64,000 nucleotides of DNA from a virus. Its lineage: Duplodnaviria; Caudoviricetes. Both the position numbers and the translations under genes were made by a program. Location of the stretch: positions 1,224-65,223 of the IMG/VR virus record IMGVR_UViG_3300036835_000480, one strand, 5' to 3'. Below the pieces are notes generated by a model. That model searched no databases. It was not told the origin of the DNA and was given only the letters and a program-made list of their open reading frames with translations. Shown piece after piece: positions 26,586 to 35,761 of this stretch. The stretch's first letter is position 1; each line of letters starts with the position of its first letter.

Positions 26586-26874
26586 ATTCCTGGCCCGCCA
26601 CGGTCCATACGACCGCGTAGCGTTTACTTTGCGTCCGGCGCCGCCGACCGCTATCCACGACGAGTCCCTCTCGACGCAGCTCGATCAAACGGGGGCGCGT
26701 TGAATTCTGCTCGATCCCCAGGATGATGCTGATCTGCTCCGCGGTCAGCCCGCCGTGCGCGTAGAGCGTCGCGTAGACCTGCTGCCGCTGGGCCGGCGCG
26801 CTATGGCGAACGGACTGGGCGGCGGCGTAGGACGTATCGGAGTGGGGGGCGTAGGGGGGATGGTCATCGATCAT
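26578..26874 (-). CDS. winged-helix DNA-binding protein
   Basis: DTSYAAA, GLTAEQI..LG...STRPRLIEL...GLVVDSG.RR.T....AVVW. Confidence 0.8.
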   Translation of the reverse strand: MIDDHPPYAPHSDTSYAAAQSVRHSAPAQRQQVYATLYAHGGLTAEQISIILGIEQNSTRPRLIELRREGLVVDSGRRRRTQSKRYAVVWTVAGQESA

Positions 26875-27446
26875 CCGAGAGCCTCCAGTAACGCGACCAG
26901 TTGCTCTGCGGTAAGGCGACGACGGAGGTAGGCCGCAAGAGTCACCATGTCGTCGAGCGGGACGGTCGCGGTCGGACGGCGGAAGCCTGCCTCGATCATG
27001 GCCGCGTGCGGGGAGCATTCGCCGGCGAGGACGCGGGCATGCAGATCAGGACGGTCGGATCGGAGCTTACGAAGGGCGTGCTGCGCTGTATTGCCATCTG
27101 GCCGCACAACTTCGTTTACATTGTAAACAAGGTCAGTGCGCTCACCTTGCCGCCCCATCGTTGCCTGATCAATCAGATCCAACACATCCAGGTAATCCCG
27201 ACACCAGCGCTTGAGTGAGCCGATATCCGTTCCTAGCCCCTCGGGCGGTCCACTCTGCACGAAACGGACGAACTCATCGAAGCGCACCACCTCACGCGTG
27301 CGTCGCACCTCGCGCTCGATCCAGCACTGCTCGATGATCACCCGCCGCAGCAGATCAGGGATCGCCTCCAGCCGTTGTCCACCATGAGCGACAGCCTCCT
27401 GGAGCGCCATCACGACGGAGTCATTAGCAGCGAGCGTATTCAGCAC
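26871..27446 (-). CDS. conserved-looking hypothetical phage protein
   Basis: PPEGLG, QGERTDL, LRKLRSDRPDLHARVLAGE.SPHAAM.EAGFR. Confidence 0.7.
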   Translation of the reverse strand: MLNTLAANDSVVMALQEAVAHGGQRLEAIPDLLRRVIIEQCWIEREVRRTREVVRFDEFVRFVQSGPPEGLGTDIGSLKRWCRDYLDVLDLIDQATMGRQGERTDLVYNVNEVVRPDGNTAQHALRKLRSDRPDLHARVLAGECSPHAAMIEAGFRRPTATVPLDDMVTLAAYLRRRLTAEQLVALLEALG

Positions 27447-29403
27447 GCGCCGCCTCCAGCCACCCCTCGTAGTCGGTCGGCGCCCAGGGATCTTGCGTGC
27501 GCGCCAGTAGCTCCTTCATCAGGCGCTCGCGAGCCTCGATCTGGGCCAGCGTGATCCGGTTACCCTGGAGCCAGGCGCCATCAAGACTAGCCTGGAGTCT
27601 ATAGACCTGAGCATGCGTCAGCCCTGTTGTCGCTACGAAACGGCTCGTAAGTCGACTCAGCGGCTGCTTCGCCTTGCGTAGCGCATCCTCGGGCGCGACT
27701 GCCGCAGATCCGGACGTAGGCAGCGATATCGCGGATACCGCGCCCCCATCGAGCTGAGCATTTAGCCGCAGGCAACGAGCGAGGAATGGAGCCGAGACGC
27801 TTGCAGTACCGGCGAGCCCGAGAATCAGCTCAGCGCGGGCAATCTCCTGCCGCGTATAGAGATCATGATCAAAAAAGACATCATCAGCTTCTGCGGTGGC
27901 ACCGATCGTCACCGCTAGATTGCTCTGCCGCGGCTTATCTGGATCGAGCGTAGCCGTGCAAGTGTGCTCCTGCTGCTCGGCCTCGTCGAGGGCGTGCTCG
28001 CGCTGCTCCTTGATCCGCTGCACGTACGCGACGAGCAGCGGTTCTCGCGGGATAAACCACCAGCCAGCCTCACCGTCGAGTAGCTCACCGCTTTCGGCGA
28101 TCAGCCGTACTAGGCGACCGACAGCCTGGCGGAAATACATCTCGGTCAAGACGTTGGTGGCGTAGACGCCAACGAACAGCCGGGGAATATCGATCCCCTC
28201 GCTGACCATCCGCACCGCGACGATCCAGCGTTCTTGCCCCTGGCGGAAAGCCTCGATCACGTCTCCCGCGTTGGGATCATCAGAGAGCGCGACGGACGGA
28301 TGCTCACCAGTAATCTCGTGTAGTAGGTCTGCAACACTACGAGCGTGGACCTGATCCATCGCAATCACGAGTCCCGCCGCTCGCGAGTAGACGGATTCAC
28401 GCACGTCGCGCAGTCGTGCATCCGCATCGCGGAGGACCGTCGGCAGCCAATCGGCCTGGGTTGAGAGGGCCGTCCGCAATCGCTGCATGCTCTCTTGCTC
28501 GTCCAACTCATCACGGAAGGTCGCTTCGCGCTGCCCATCTCGCGCTGAAAACCATTTCATCTGGCCTTCGTAGCTCGGGAAGTAAACCGGGCGCACAACC
28601 CCATCGCGCAGCGCGTCGCCATAGGTGTAAGTAAAGTGTGCTCGGCACTTCCCGTCGATGTAGCGCACGAACGGGATCGGATGATTATCGCTACGGAAGG
28701 GTGTCCCGGTAATCAGCAACCGCTGCTGAGCGTGCTCGAACGCATGTTGAAGCGCATCGCCCCATAGTAGTGAGTCGCCCATATGATGCGGCTCGTCGAA
28801 GATTACGAGCGTTGCGCGGCGGCACTGCCGGCGAAATACATCAGGGTTCGAGGCAACCTGGGCATAAGTCACCACTACGCCGTGAAACTGAGCATGCTCG
28901 TGATCATGCTCGTTCAGGAATTGGTGGCTCAGGCTGATCCCAACGGCAGCCCCCGCCTTTGCCCATTGACGGCGCAAGGCCGTAGTGGGGACGACGATGA
29001 CTACGCGCACCACTCGGCCGGTATAGAGGGCATCGTGGGCACAATACAATCCGAACCGAGTCTTACCCGCTCCGGGCGTGCCGTCGATCAGTACATCAGA
29101 GTCTAGCGAGCGCTGATACTCCTGAAATGCTTCGAGCGCCCATCGTCGGAGCAGTAGTCCCTCAGGCCAAGGCGTCTGAAGCGTCCCCAAGTCTCTTTCC
29201 CCCTTTACGTGATTGCACCGTGGACAGAGAGCCTGCCCGTTCCAGACATCCGTAGCGCCGCCTCGGGAATAGGCAGTAACGTGATCAGCGTGCCAATCAG
29301 GCGGGAGCGGCGCACCACAGCGTTCGCAATAGCCATCACTCTCGACGAGTAGTGCCCAGCGCTGGCGTCCTGAGAATCGCCGCGCCTGGCGCCGACGCAC
29401 CAT
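27424..29403 (-). CDS. HNH nuclease fused to a superfamily-2 (DExH) helicase
   Basis: CERCG..WHADH..GG.T...NGQALC..CN..K; TPGAGKT, IFDEPHH, TGTPFRSD, MVSEGIDIP, QAVGRLVR. Confidence 0.88.
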   Translation of the reverse strand: MVRRRQARRFSGRQRWALLVESDGYCERCGAPLPPDWHADHVTAYSRGGATDVWNGQALCPRCNHVKGERDLGTLQTPWPEGLLLRRWALEAFQEYQRSLDSDVLIDGTPGAGKTRFGLYCAHDALYTGRVVRVVIVVPTTALRRQWAKAGAAVGISLSHQFLNEHDHEHAQFHGVVVTYAQVASNPDVFRRQCRRATLVIFDEPHHMGDSLLWGDALQHAFEHAQQRLLITGTPFRSDNHPIPFVRYIDGKCRAHFTYTYGDALRDGVVRPVYFPSYEGQMKWFSARDGQREATFRDELDEQESMQRLRTALSTQADWLPTVLRDADARLRDVRESVYSRAAGLVIAMDQVHARSVADLLHEITGEHPSVALSDDPNAGDVIEAFRQGQERWIVAVRMVSEGIDIPRLFVGVYATNVLTEMYFRQAVGRLVRLIAESGELLDGEAGWWFIPREPLLVAYVQRIKEQREHALDEAEQQEHTCTATLDPDKPRQSNLAVTIGATAEADDVFFDHDLYTRQEIARAELILGLAGTASVSAPFLARCLRLNAQLDGGAVSAISLPTSGSAAVAPEDALRKAKQPLSRLTSRFVATTGLTHAQVYRLQASLDGAWLQGNRITLAQIEARERLMKELLARTQDPWAPTDYEGWLEAARAEYARC

Positions 29404-29410
29404 CGCCCAC

Positions 29411-29629
29411 CTACGCCTCCCTCCCCGCGCGGCGCTGGGCGGGGCGTGTAGCAGCGGCCCGGCGCTTGACCGCGAGCGCCTCCACGTCGCCGCGGCGGAT
29501 GAGGTGGCCGAGGCCCGTCGGGGTCGCGGGTAATTCCCCACGGCGGATCAGGTTGAGCACGGTCTGCGCGGAGCAACCGAGCACATGCCCCGCCTCGGTG
29601 GCGCCCAGCAGATCGTCAGCCGTCGTCAT
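29411..29629 (-). CDS. excisionase-like HTH DNA-binding protein
   Basis: LLGATEAGHVLGCSAQTV..LIRRGELPA. Confidence 0.8.
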   Translation of the reverse strand: MTTADDLLGATEAGHVLGCSAQTVLNLIRRGELPATPTGLGHLIRRGDVEALAVKRRAAATRPAQRRAGREA

Positions 29630-29677
29630 TATTCCCAAACTCGCATAGAAATCCGCCCACACTTGATGATAGCGTAG

Positions 29678-29706
29678 ACAGTACACCCGTCGGGACCGCT
29701 TGTCAA
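29678..29706 (-). promoter_or_regulatory. sigma70-type promoter
   Basis: TTGACA-17-TACTGT. Confidence 0.65.
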
Positions 29707-29715
29707 TAGGGCCAG

Positions 29716-30006
29716 CTAGCCGCTCTCGCCCGCGAGCGCCGCGGCGAGGTGCGCCGCGAGCAGGTTCGCGCCGTTCTGGTCGGTCTGCGCCTGGGCCACC
29801 CACCCCGGCTGGCCGCCCGGCCGGTCCGCGACGGCGGTGATCGTGAATACCGCGCTCGCCCCGTCCGGCCCGAGCCGACACGCCCAGCGGTCGCCCACCA
29901 CCGGCGCTCGCTGCGCCCCGTCCGCGAGCAGGAGCGGCCCGTCGGACTCCAGTTCGGCGCTCGTCGGCGAGGTCAGGGTCAATGCGACGCCGCAGAGATC
30001 ATCCAT
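29716..30006 (-). CDS. hypothetical protein
   Basis: GGAGG RBS. Confidence 0.55.
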   Translation of the reverse strand: MDDLCGVALTLTSPTSAELESDGPLLLADGAQRAPVVGDRWACRLGPDGASAVFTITAVADRPGGQPGWVAQAQTDQNGANLLAAHLAAALAGESG

Positions 30007-30229
30007 GCGCGTCCTCCCACTCGGGCAGTTCGCCCGCCGCGAGTCGCGGGAGCGACTGACTCCCGCGCCCCGGCACCCGCTGCGGCCAGCAGTAGGGGCA
30101 CGGCCACCAGCGGCCCGCCTCAGCCGCCTCCCGCGTCCGCTCGCGGGGCTTGCCGCGCACCTTGCCGCGGTAAGCGCAATCGGCGTCGCGGTGATACCGG
30201 CCACGGTCGCTCCAGGTGTAGACGGTCAC
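29999..30229 (-). CDS. small Cys/His metal-binding protein
   Basis: YHRDADC...WPCPYC. Confidence 0.55.
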   Translation of the reverse strand: MTVYTWSDRGRYHRDADCAYRGKVRGKPRERTREAAEAGRWWPCPYCWPQRVPGRGSQSLPRLAAGELPEWEDAHG

Positions 30230-30615
30230 TGGATGCCCCATTCGACGGGGAGCTGGGTCAGGTGCAACGTATTCGGGTGCAGGTTGACATAGTCCCGCGC
30301 ACGGGGCAGGATCATCGCCACGTCCACGTCGTCGGGGAAAAAGGCATCGCGCACCTGATGGACGGTCTCCCAGGTGGGCAGATGGGTCGGGTAGGCGACT
30401 GAGACGTGCAGTAACGTCCCGTGCTGACCCGTATCCGACGACACGATCACCTGCAAGCCCAGGAGCCCCGCAAAGGCCTGCCATTCAGCTATGCCCGGCT
30501 CCGCCCACGGAGCCCGAAGCGCGACCGGGCGCAGGATCTGGCCCCCACGCAGCGTGACCGGCGCGTGCGGGACCGCGAGTACACGCGGTGAATAGCGGAC
30601 GACATCATCGCTCAT
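30226..30615 (-). CDS. conserved phage protein
   Basis: LHVSV...PTWE...VRDAFF...PRARDYVNLHPNTLHL. Confidence 0.7.
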   Translation of the reverse strand: MSDDVVRYSPRVLAVPHAPVTLRGGQILRPVALRAPWAEPGIAEWQAFAGLLGLQVIVSSDTGQHGTLLHVSVAYPTHLPTWETVHQVRDAFFPDDVDVAMILPRARDYVNLHPNTLHLTQLPVEWGIQ

Positions 30616-30941
30616 GGGCCCTCCCTCTCCGCGGCCAGCCAGCGCTCCCACGCGCGCTGACACGCCACCCAATCCTCCAGCCACTCCGCCGTCCGCGCCT
30701 CCCGCTCCAGGGCGCGTAGGCGGGGCGTGGTGAGGTCCGGCCGCCGGCCGTCGGCGAAGACGTGCGCGCGCAGGCTGCGCTCTAGCGCGATCGCCTCGGC
30801 CTGGCTAGCGATCGTCCAGGTGCCGCGGGCGGCGGGGCGGAAGGCGACGACGGGCGCGGGCTCGGGTGGCGCTTCCTGCACCCAGGCCGCGACGCGGGCG
30901 AGCCAGTCATCGTCGAGGGGCGCGGGTTGCTGTAGCGCCAT
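30612..30941 (-). CDS. hypothetical protein
   Basis: TAATG and ATGA overlaps. Confidence 0.55.
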   Translation of the reverse strand: MALQQPAPLDDDWLARVAAWVQEAPPEPAPVVAFRPAARGTWTIASQAEAIALERSLRAHVFADGRRPDLTTPRLRALEREARTAEWLEDWVACQRAWERWLAAEREGP

Positions 30942-32017
30942 TACACCCCTCGCTCGCGCAGATTGCGCCCGCGTAGCTCTAACACGTCGCAGCACTCCAG
31001 AATGCGCCAGACGAGGCGTTTCCCCTCACGTAGGTCGTCATCCCCAGCGAGGCGTACAGCGATCTCCCCCGGGCTGTAGTTGCTCGTGACGATCGTCACG
31101 AGATCGTGGGTATCGCGGTGATTCAGGATCGCGAACAACCGATCCCGTCCCCAGCGAGTCAGGTATTCGGCGCCCAGGTCGTCGAGGACGAGAAAGGGCG
31201 TCGTCTGCACCTTCGCCATAATGCTGTCTGTCGTCTCCGCACTCTGACGGTCGTATGTCCGACGCACCCAGTCGAGGAACGCCGAGACGGTCACGAACAG
31301 GCACGGGCGGCGCGTCAGGATCCTGGCATTGAGCGCGGCGCAGGCCAGTCCGGTCTTCCCGACACCAAAGTCTCCCCAGAGATAAGCACCGCGCCTTGGC
31401 TCACGCGCGATGCTCAACTCTGCGAGGTGCTGGACGACGACGGCCTTCTCCAGCTCGAAGGGGAACGTCTCGAATGTGGCTTCGCGGTAATGTGGCGGGA
31501 TATTCGCGCGCTCCTGCCGATCTTGCGTCTCGTGCCGCTCGCGGGCCGCAGACTCGATCGCGACCTGCGCCTGCCGCTCGACTTCGGCGACCGCGGCGGC
31601 GCGCTCATACTCAGCCTCACGGGCGAGCCCCTCGGGACAAGTGCACCAACGCTGGTCGAGCAGGACGCCCATCCCGAGACAACGGCAGTCTGGCGGGCGG
31701 GCCGCTTGCAAGGCGTCGCGCTCCGTCGCCAGCGCCAGCTCATCATTGGCCGCCGTGAGCCGCGCCTCGTGCTGTCGAAGCGCCGCGGCGTGTTGCGCTT
31801 TCGCCATGGCACGGCTGCTCGGACTGAGCAGGCAGGACGGCTCATCCAGAGCCAGGATCGCCGTACGCCACCGCGCGATCTGCGCAAGCAGCAGATCGCG
31901 GTGTTCCAGGAGCGTGGCTGTATCGGTCAAACTCGCTAACATCCGCAGCCGTGGCGGTCCGGCCGGTAACCCGTCGCGGGCCATGAGTCGTGTGAGAGTC
32001 TCCCTGAGGGGTTCCAT
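30941..32017 (-). CDS. DnaC/IstB-like helicase loader ATPase
   Basis: GDFGVGKT, LVLDDLGAE, TIVTSN. Confidence 0.9.
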   Translation of the reverse strand: MEPLRETLTRLMARDGLPAGPPRLRMLASLTDTATLLEHRDLLLAQIARWRTAILALDEPSCLLSPSSRAMAKAQHAAALRQHEARLTAANDELALATERDALQAARPPDCRCLGMGVLLDQRWCTCPEGLAREAEYERAAAVAEVERQAQVAIESAARERHETQDRQERANIPPHYREATFETFPFELEKAVVVQHLAELSIAREPRRGAYLWGDFGVGKTGLACAALNARILTRRPCLFVTVSAFLDWVRRTYDRQSAETTDSIMAKVQTTPFLVLDDLGAEYLTRWGRDRLFAILNHRDTHDLVTIVTSNYSPGEIAVRLAGDDDLREGKRLVWRILECCDVLELRGRNLRERGV

Positions 32018-32744
32018 TCGGTCTATCCTTCTCGCGCTTGAGCCACTTGAGCATGAAGAGCACCGAGCACTGACGCTGCGCGCGGCGCTGCTTCGGCTCT
32101 TGCAGCCAACTCGCCATCTTGATCGCCTCTTCCTCCACGTCCAATCCATTCGCCGCGTACTGAGTGACTCGCGTAAAAAACGCGGCGGTGGGTTGGTAGC
32201 CGGGGAGACCGTCCAATACCGCGTGGAAAGCAGACAGCTCTGCGGGCGCCGCCGCCGCCGGCGCGCGCGCCTGCGCGCCTCCTCCGGCGGCTACCGGGAT
32301 TACCGGGGTAAGAGGATTACCGGTAGTACTCGTTAAGTGAGGTACGTTCGGGTAAAGCCGGTTTACTTCACTAGTAAACGTGGTTGACTTCACTCGGGTC
32401 TCTAAGTCAACGTGCTTTACTTCACCGTCGGTCGTGTCGTCAACGTGCTTTACTTCACCTGGGGGTGACGTAAACGTGGTTGACTTCACTCGGTAGAGGT
32501 TCGCCTGCGTCTTACCGCGCCGCTGGCGCTCGACGAGTCCGGCGCCGACCAGCTCATCGATCGCCTTGATCACCGTCGGACGACTCCAGCCGCTTTCCTC
32601 AGCCAACGTCGGCAGACTCGGCCAGCACTCCCCTTGCTCGTTGAGACGCGACGCCATCAACGTATAGACGAGCTTCGCCTGCCCGCTTAATCCGTGGGCA
32701 TGCAAAACGGCGCGCGCGACCCTGGCGAAGCCAGGCGCTGCCAT
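31842..32744 (-). CDS. replication initiator with N-terminal HTH
   Basis: LSGQAKLVY...CWPSLPTLAEESGWSRPTVIKAIDELV..GLV; internal DNA repeats; precedes the DnaC-like gene. Confidence 0.85.
   Translation of the reverse strand: MAAPGFARVARAVLHAHGLSGQAKLVYTLMASRLNEQGECWPSLPTLAEESGWSRPTVIKAIDELVGAGLVERQRRGKTQANLYRVKSTTFTSPPGEVKHVDDTTDGEVKHVDLETRVKSTTFTSEVNRLYPNVPHLTSTTGNPLTPVIPVAAGGGAQARAPAAAAPAELSAFHAVLDGLPGYQPTAAFFTRVTQYAANGLDVEEEAIKMASWLQEPKQRRAQRQCSVLFMLKWLKREKDRPNGTPQGDSHTTHGPRRVTGRTATAADVSEFDRYSHAPGTPRSAACADRAVAYGDPGSG
32352..32492. repeat. iterons / putative replication origin
   Basis: five copies of GT(A/C)AACGTG(G/C)TT(G/T)ACTTCAC-like units at 32352, 32374, 32406, 32439, 32470. Confidence 0.85.
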
Positions 32745-32748
32745 CGCC

Positions 32749-34026
32749 CTACTCCGTCGCGCTCAGCCGCCCCGGTACCGCCTCGTCGCGCCGCACCTTG
32801 CCCTCGATCACCGCCCAGACACGGTCGAGGCAGTCCGCGTCGCCCTTCCAGCCCTGGCTCGTGGCGTAGGCGCTGACGCTGCCGCCCAGTGCCCGCTCCA
32901 CGTCCGCCTGGGAGCACTCCAGCTCGTCCAGCGCCGCGGCCATCAGCGCCCGCAGCCCCGCGCCGGTGAACGGGAAGCGCACCGTCGTCGCCGCAGCGAG
33001 CGCCGCCTCGAAGCCGGCCAGGTCCTCCTCCGGCGTGCGCGTCGGACCCGGCGCGTCGGTCAGGACCGGCCGCGGCGGCGGGCGCTCGCCGTTCGACCAC
33101 GCCTTGCTGTCGGGACAGCTCGCCCAGTGCGTCTGGTCCGTCGCCTTGCCGTCGACCACGTCGTAGGGCATCGCCTTGCCGTTCTTGCTCTTCTCCCAGA
33201 CGATCGGGGCGTGGCAGGAGCGGCACTGCTCGAAGCTAGGCGCCGCGGCCCCCGGCGCGCCCACCCCGGCGGCCGCCAAATCCGCGGCGTGATCATCACG
33301 ACTTTGGGCAGGTTGCACAGGTCGCGGTGGGGCAGGCACTCCCTGCCCCAACCAATCCCGTAGAGCAGCGGCGAACTCGGCGCCCGGCCGCGCGATCACC
33401 GCATCGGTTAGCGCGGGGCAGCGCGACTTCGTGATGACCAGGTTGTGCTCGTGATCAAGATCGCCGCAGGCGTCGAACTCGAAGTCCATGTCTTGCCGTT
33501 GGATCGGTGCCAGCCCTATTTTACGGACAGTGGTTTTACCTGTCCGCTCATCCTTCTCCTGCACGTACTCCGTCTTCGCGCGCATCGTGGCGATGATGTG
33601 GCAGGTGCTGCCGAGCATCGCGTCGACCATCGCGTTGTGCTGGGGCGTGACCTTGCGCCAGGCACCGAAAGAGTTACCGCGCTCGCGCGTCGCCTCGCGG
33701 TCGACCATTTCCAGCGCGCCCTCTTTGCCGGTCCAGGCGTGGCTGAGGCTGTCGATAATCAATACGTCGTAGCCCGAAGCCTCGGCGGCCTGGATCGCCT
33801 CGACGTAGGTCGCTGGCGCGAACGTGGTCAGCTCCAACACGTCGAAGGTGAAGTCGCCAGCATACTTCGAGGCGCTACCGCGCTCGGTGTCGATCACCGC
33901 GACCCGCTCACCGAGCGCGGTAGCAACCTTAAGAGCGGTCATCGTCTTCCCCGAGCCAGCCGGTCCGACGAGCCCGAGCCGCAATCGTCCTTGTTGTTGG
34001 GTCGCGCGGCGGAACGTGAAAGCCAT
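32749..34026 (-). CDS. AAA-family ATPase (Sak4-like recombination protein)
   Basis: GPAGSGKT, IDTE, LIIDSLSHAW, HIIATMRAK, FEFD. Confidence 0.85.
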   Translation of the reverse strand: MAFTFRRATQQQGRLRLGLVGPAGSGKTMTALKVATALGERVAVIDTERGSASKYAGDFTFDVLELTTFAPATYVEAIQAAEASGYDVLIIDSLSHAWTGKEGALEMVDREATRERGNSFGAWRKVTPQHNAMVDAMLGSTCHIIATMRAKTEYVQEKDERTGKTTVRKIGLAPIQRQDMDFEFDACGDLDHEHNLVITKSRCPALTDAVIARPGAEFAAALRDWLGQGVPAPPRPVQPAQSRDDHAADLAAAGVGAPGAAAPSFEQCRSCHAPIVWEKSKNGKAMPYDVVDGKATDQTHWASCPDSKAWSNGERPPPRPVLTDAPGPTRTPEEDLAGFEAALAAATTVRFPFTGAGLRALMAAALDELECSQADVERALGGSVSAYATSQGWKGDADCLDRVWAVIEGKVRRDEAVPGRLSATE

Positions 34027-34712
34027 TAGCCCTTCTCCTTCCAGGTCTTGCCTCGTAGAACGTGGCTAATCGTTTGCTGGCAGACGCCGAAGTCGAGGGC
34101 CAGTAGACGTTGAGAGTCCCCGCGGCGGGCGCGGATAGCGCGGACCGCTTCCCAGTTCAATCGCGCGTTCGGGTGGTCCTCGCCGGCCATTGGCGAGAGC
34201 GCGGCGTGGTGACGGCGATGCACGCTTCGCGTCAGTACCTGGAGATTCGCCGGGTCGTTATTGGCCTCATCGCCGTCGATGTGGTGCACGATCTCGCTGT
34301 CGAGCAACGGGCGCCCCAGCACACCCGCCGCGACCGCACGGTGCTGGGCAACATAATGGCTTACGCGATTACCGGGCTGGCGCACGTAGCGGTACCCGCG
34401 GCTCTGAACGACCCCGCCTTTCCAGTGAGGGTTATCTGCCCCAAGGCGCTGCGTTGAGAGCACCGCGCCGAGGCAGGTGGGTGAGCAATAGGCGCGGGTC
34501 TGGCGTCCAATCGCCAGATCGCGCGCCTGCAAGCGATTTGGGCGAAAGGTCGTCCCGCACCCGTCGCAGGCGCGTGGCTCACGCGGATACTGGACCTGGG
34601 CAGCGTAGCCACAGGCGCGCCCGCAATACCTGCCGCGCTTGGGGTCCGTCGAGATCACCCGCGCGGTAAACGGTGCGCCGCAGTGCTGGCATAGGCGGGT
34701 CTCGGTCTTCAT
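34026..34712 (-). CDS. free-standing HNH homing endonuclease
   Basis: NPHWKGG, HRAVA...IVHHIDGDEANNDPANLQVL; GEDHPNARL HTH. Confidence 0.88.
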   Translation of the reverse strand: MKTETRLCQHCGAPFTARVISTDPKRGRYCGRACGYAAQVQYPREPRACDGCGTTFRPNRLQARDLAIGRQTRAYCSPTCLGAVLSTQRLGADNPHWKGGVVQSRGYRYVRQPGNRVSHYVAQHRAVAAGVLGRPLLDSEIVHHIDGDEANNDPANLQVLTRSVHRRHHAALSPMAGEDHPNARLNWEAVRAIRARRGDSQRLLALDFGVCQQTISHVLRGKTWKEKG

Positions 34713-34960
34713 GCCGCCACCGCCAGGTAGCGCAGAAACGCGTTTACGAGCGCCGCGTGAGAGCAGCGCGCGCCGTGGGTGCCGGCCATGCACGAGCAGG
34801 CGATCCGCCCGTTGGGGTTGGCGTAGACCTGGTGCGGCGCGCCGCCCGAGGCGCTGGAGACGGTGAAGCGCCGGCCGTCCACGCTGAGGATGCGCGGGCG
34901 ATCGGGTCGATCGAGCAGCGCGCGGTCGTGCGAGTCGAGGTGTAGGGTGGCCATGCTCAT
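34709..34960 (-). CDS. small SWIM-type zinc-finger protein
   Basis: FTVSS.S...H.V...CSC......CSH; AAGGAG RBS. Confidence 0.65.
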   Translation of the reverse strand: MSMATLHLDSHDRALLDRPDRPRILSVDGRRFTVSSASGGAPHQVYANPNGRIACSCMAGTHGARCSHAALVNAFLRYLAVAA

Positions 34961-34974
34961 CTCCTTGCGTAGTA

Positions 34975-35040
34975 GGATAGTTGTCTACTAGTACAATTGT
35001 AGCATAGACTGTAAAACAATGGCTCTGTGGTACAATGGGC
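34975..35040. promoter_or_regulatory. AT-rich divergent promoter region with palindrome
   Basis: GTCTA..TACAATTGTA..TAGAC and TGGTACAAT between divergent genes. Confidence 0.6.
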
Positions 35041-35056
35041 TATGTGTGGAGGAGCA

Positions 35057-35248
35057 ATGGTCACGGTGAAAGAAGTCCTGGCCGAGTTTCCCATGTCCCG
35101 CGCCAATCTTTACCGTCTAATCAAGACGAAGAAAATCCCCGCTCACGTCGAGCGCCAGCCCTGGCATGATCGGCAGCACTATCGCTTCTGCCTCGATGAG
35201 GTTCGCGCGGCCTTCGAGGCGTTGAAGCAGGAGCGCCCACCCTGCTAG
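35057..35248 (+). CDS. AlpA/excisionase-like HTH regulator
   Basis: MVTVKEV...MSRANLYRLIK...IPA; GGAGGAG RBS. Confidence 0.75.
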   Translation: MVTVKEVLAEFPMSRANLYRLIKTKKIPAHVERQPWHDRQHYRFCLDEVRAAFEALKQERPPC

Positions 35249-35481
35249 CCCCGCTCCTCCTCGAACCCCTCCAGCGGCAACTGCCCCCGCTTACCGCGCC
35301 GCCGCCGGCGCGCCCGCGGCTCCCCCGCGGCGCCCTCTGCCGCGGGCTGCTTCTCTAGTCGCTGCAGCACCGCCTCAGCGTCGGCCTCGCTCCGGTAGAA
35401 TCCGTACTCCAGCGGCGTCCCGCCCGGGGTCTCGACGAGCACGCGCCAGCCGAGCGCGGTCAGCTCACGCCGTCCCGCCAT
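35245..35481 (-). CDS. hypothetical protein
   Basis: GGAGG RBS. Confidence 0.5.
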   Translation of the reverse strand: MAGRRELTALGWRVLVETPGGTPLEYGFYRSEADAEAVLQRLEKQPAAEGAAGEPRARRRRRGKRGQLPLEGFEEERG

Positions 35482-35761
35482 GCTCCCTCCGCGCTACTAG
35501 CCGGGCATCCGCCGCCAGCGCCGCCAGCCACACCGGCGCGTAGCCGGCGGCCAGCGCCAGCCGCTCCCGGTCGCGCGGCTCCAGCCCCAGCGCTGCGGCG
35601 AGCCCGTCGACCACCTCTCGCCGCGGCGGCGCCCGGTCGGCGCGCTCCAGCCGCGAGACGTAGGTCGGGTCGATCCCCGCCGCCCGCGCCAGAGCGTGCT
35701 GCGTCAGCCCCGCGGCCAGGCGGTAGCGCTGGAGCAGTTCGGCGAAGGGGTAACTGCTCAT
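35465..35761 (-). CDS. XRE-family HTH protein
   Basis: GLTQHALARAAGIDPTYVSRLER. Confidence 0.85.
   Translation of the reverse strand: MSSYPFAELLQRYRLAAGLTQHALARAAGIDPTYVSRLERADRAPPRREVVDGLAAALGLEPRDRERLALAAGYAPVWLAALAADARLVARREHGGTA

Noticed and set aside
32352-32492. CRISPR-like mini-array
   Set aside because: Units lie in a coding frame with 2-13 bp gaps, which fits iterons; no cas genes are present.
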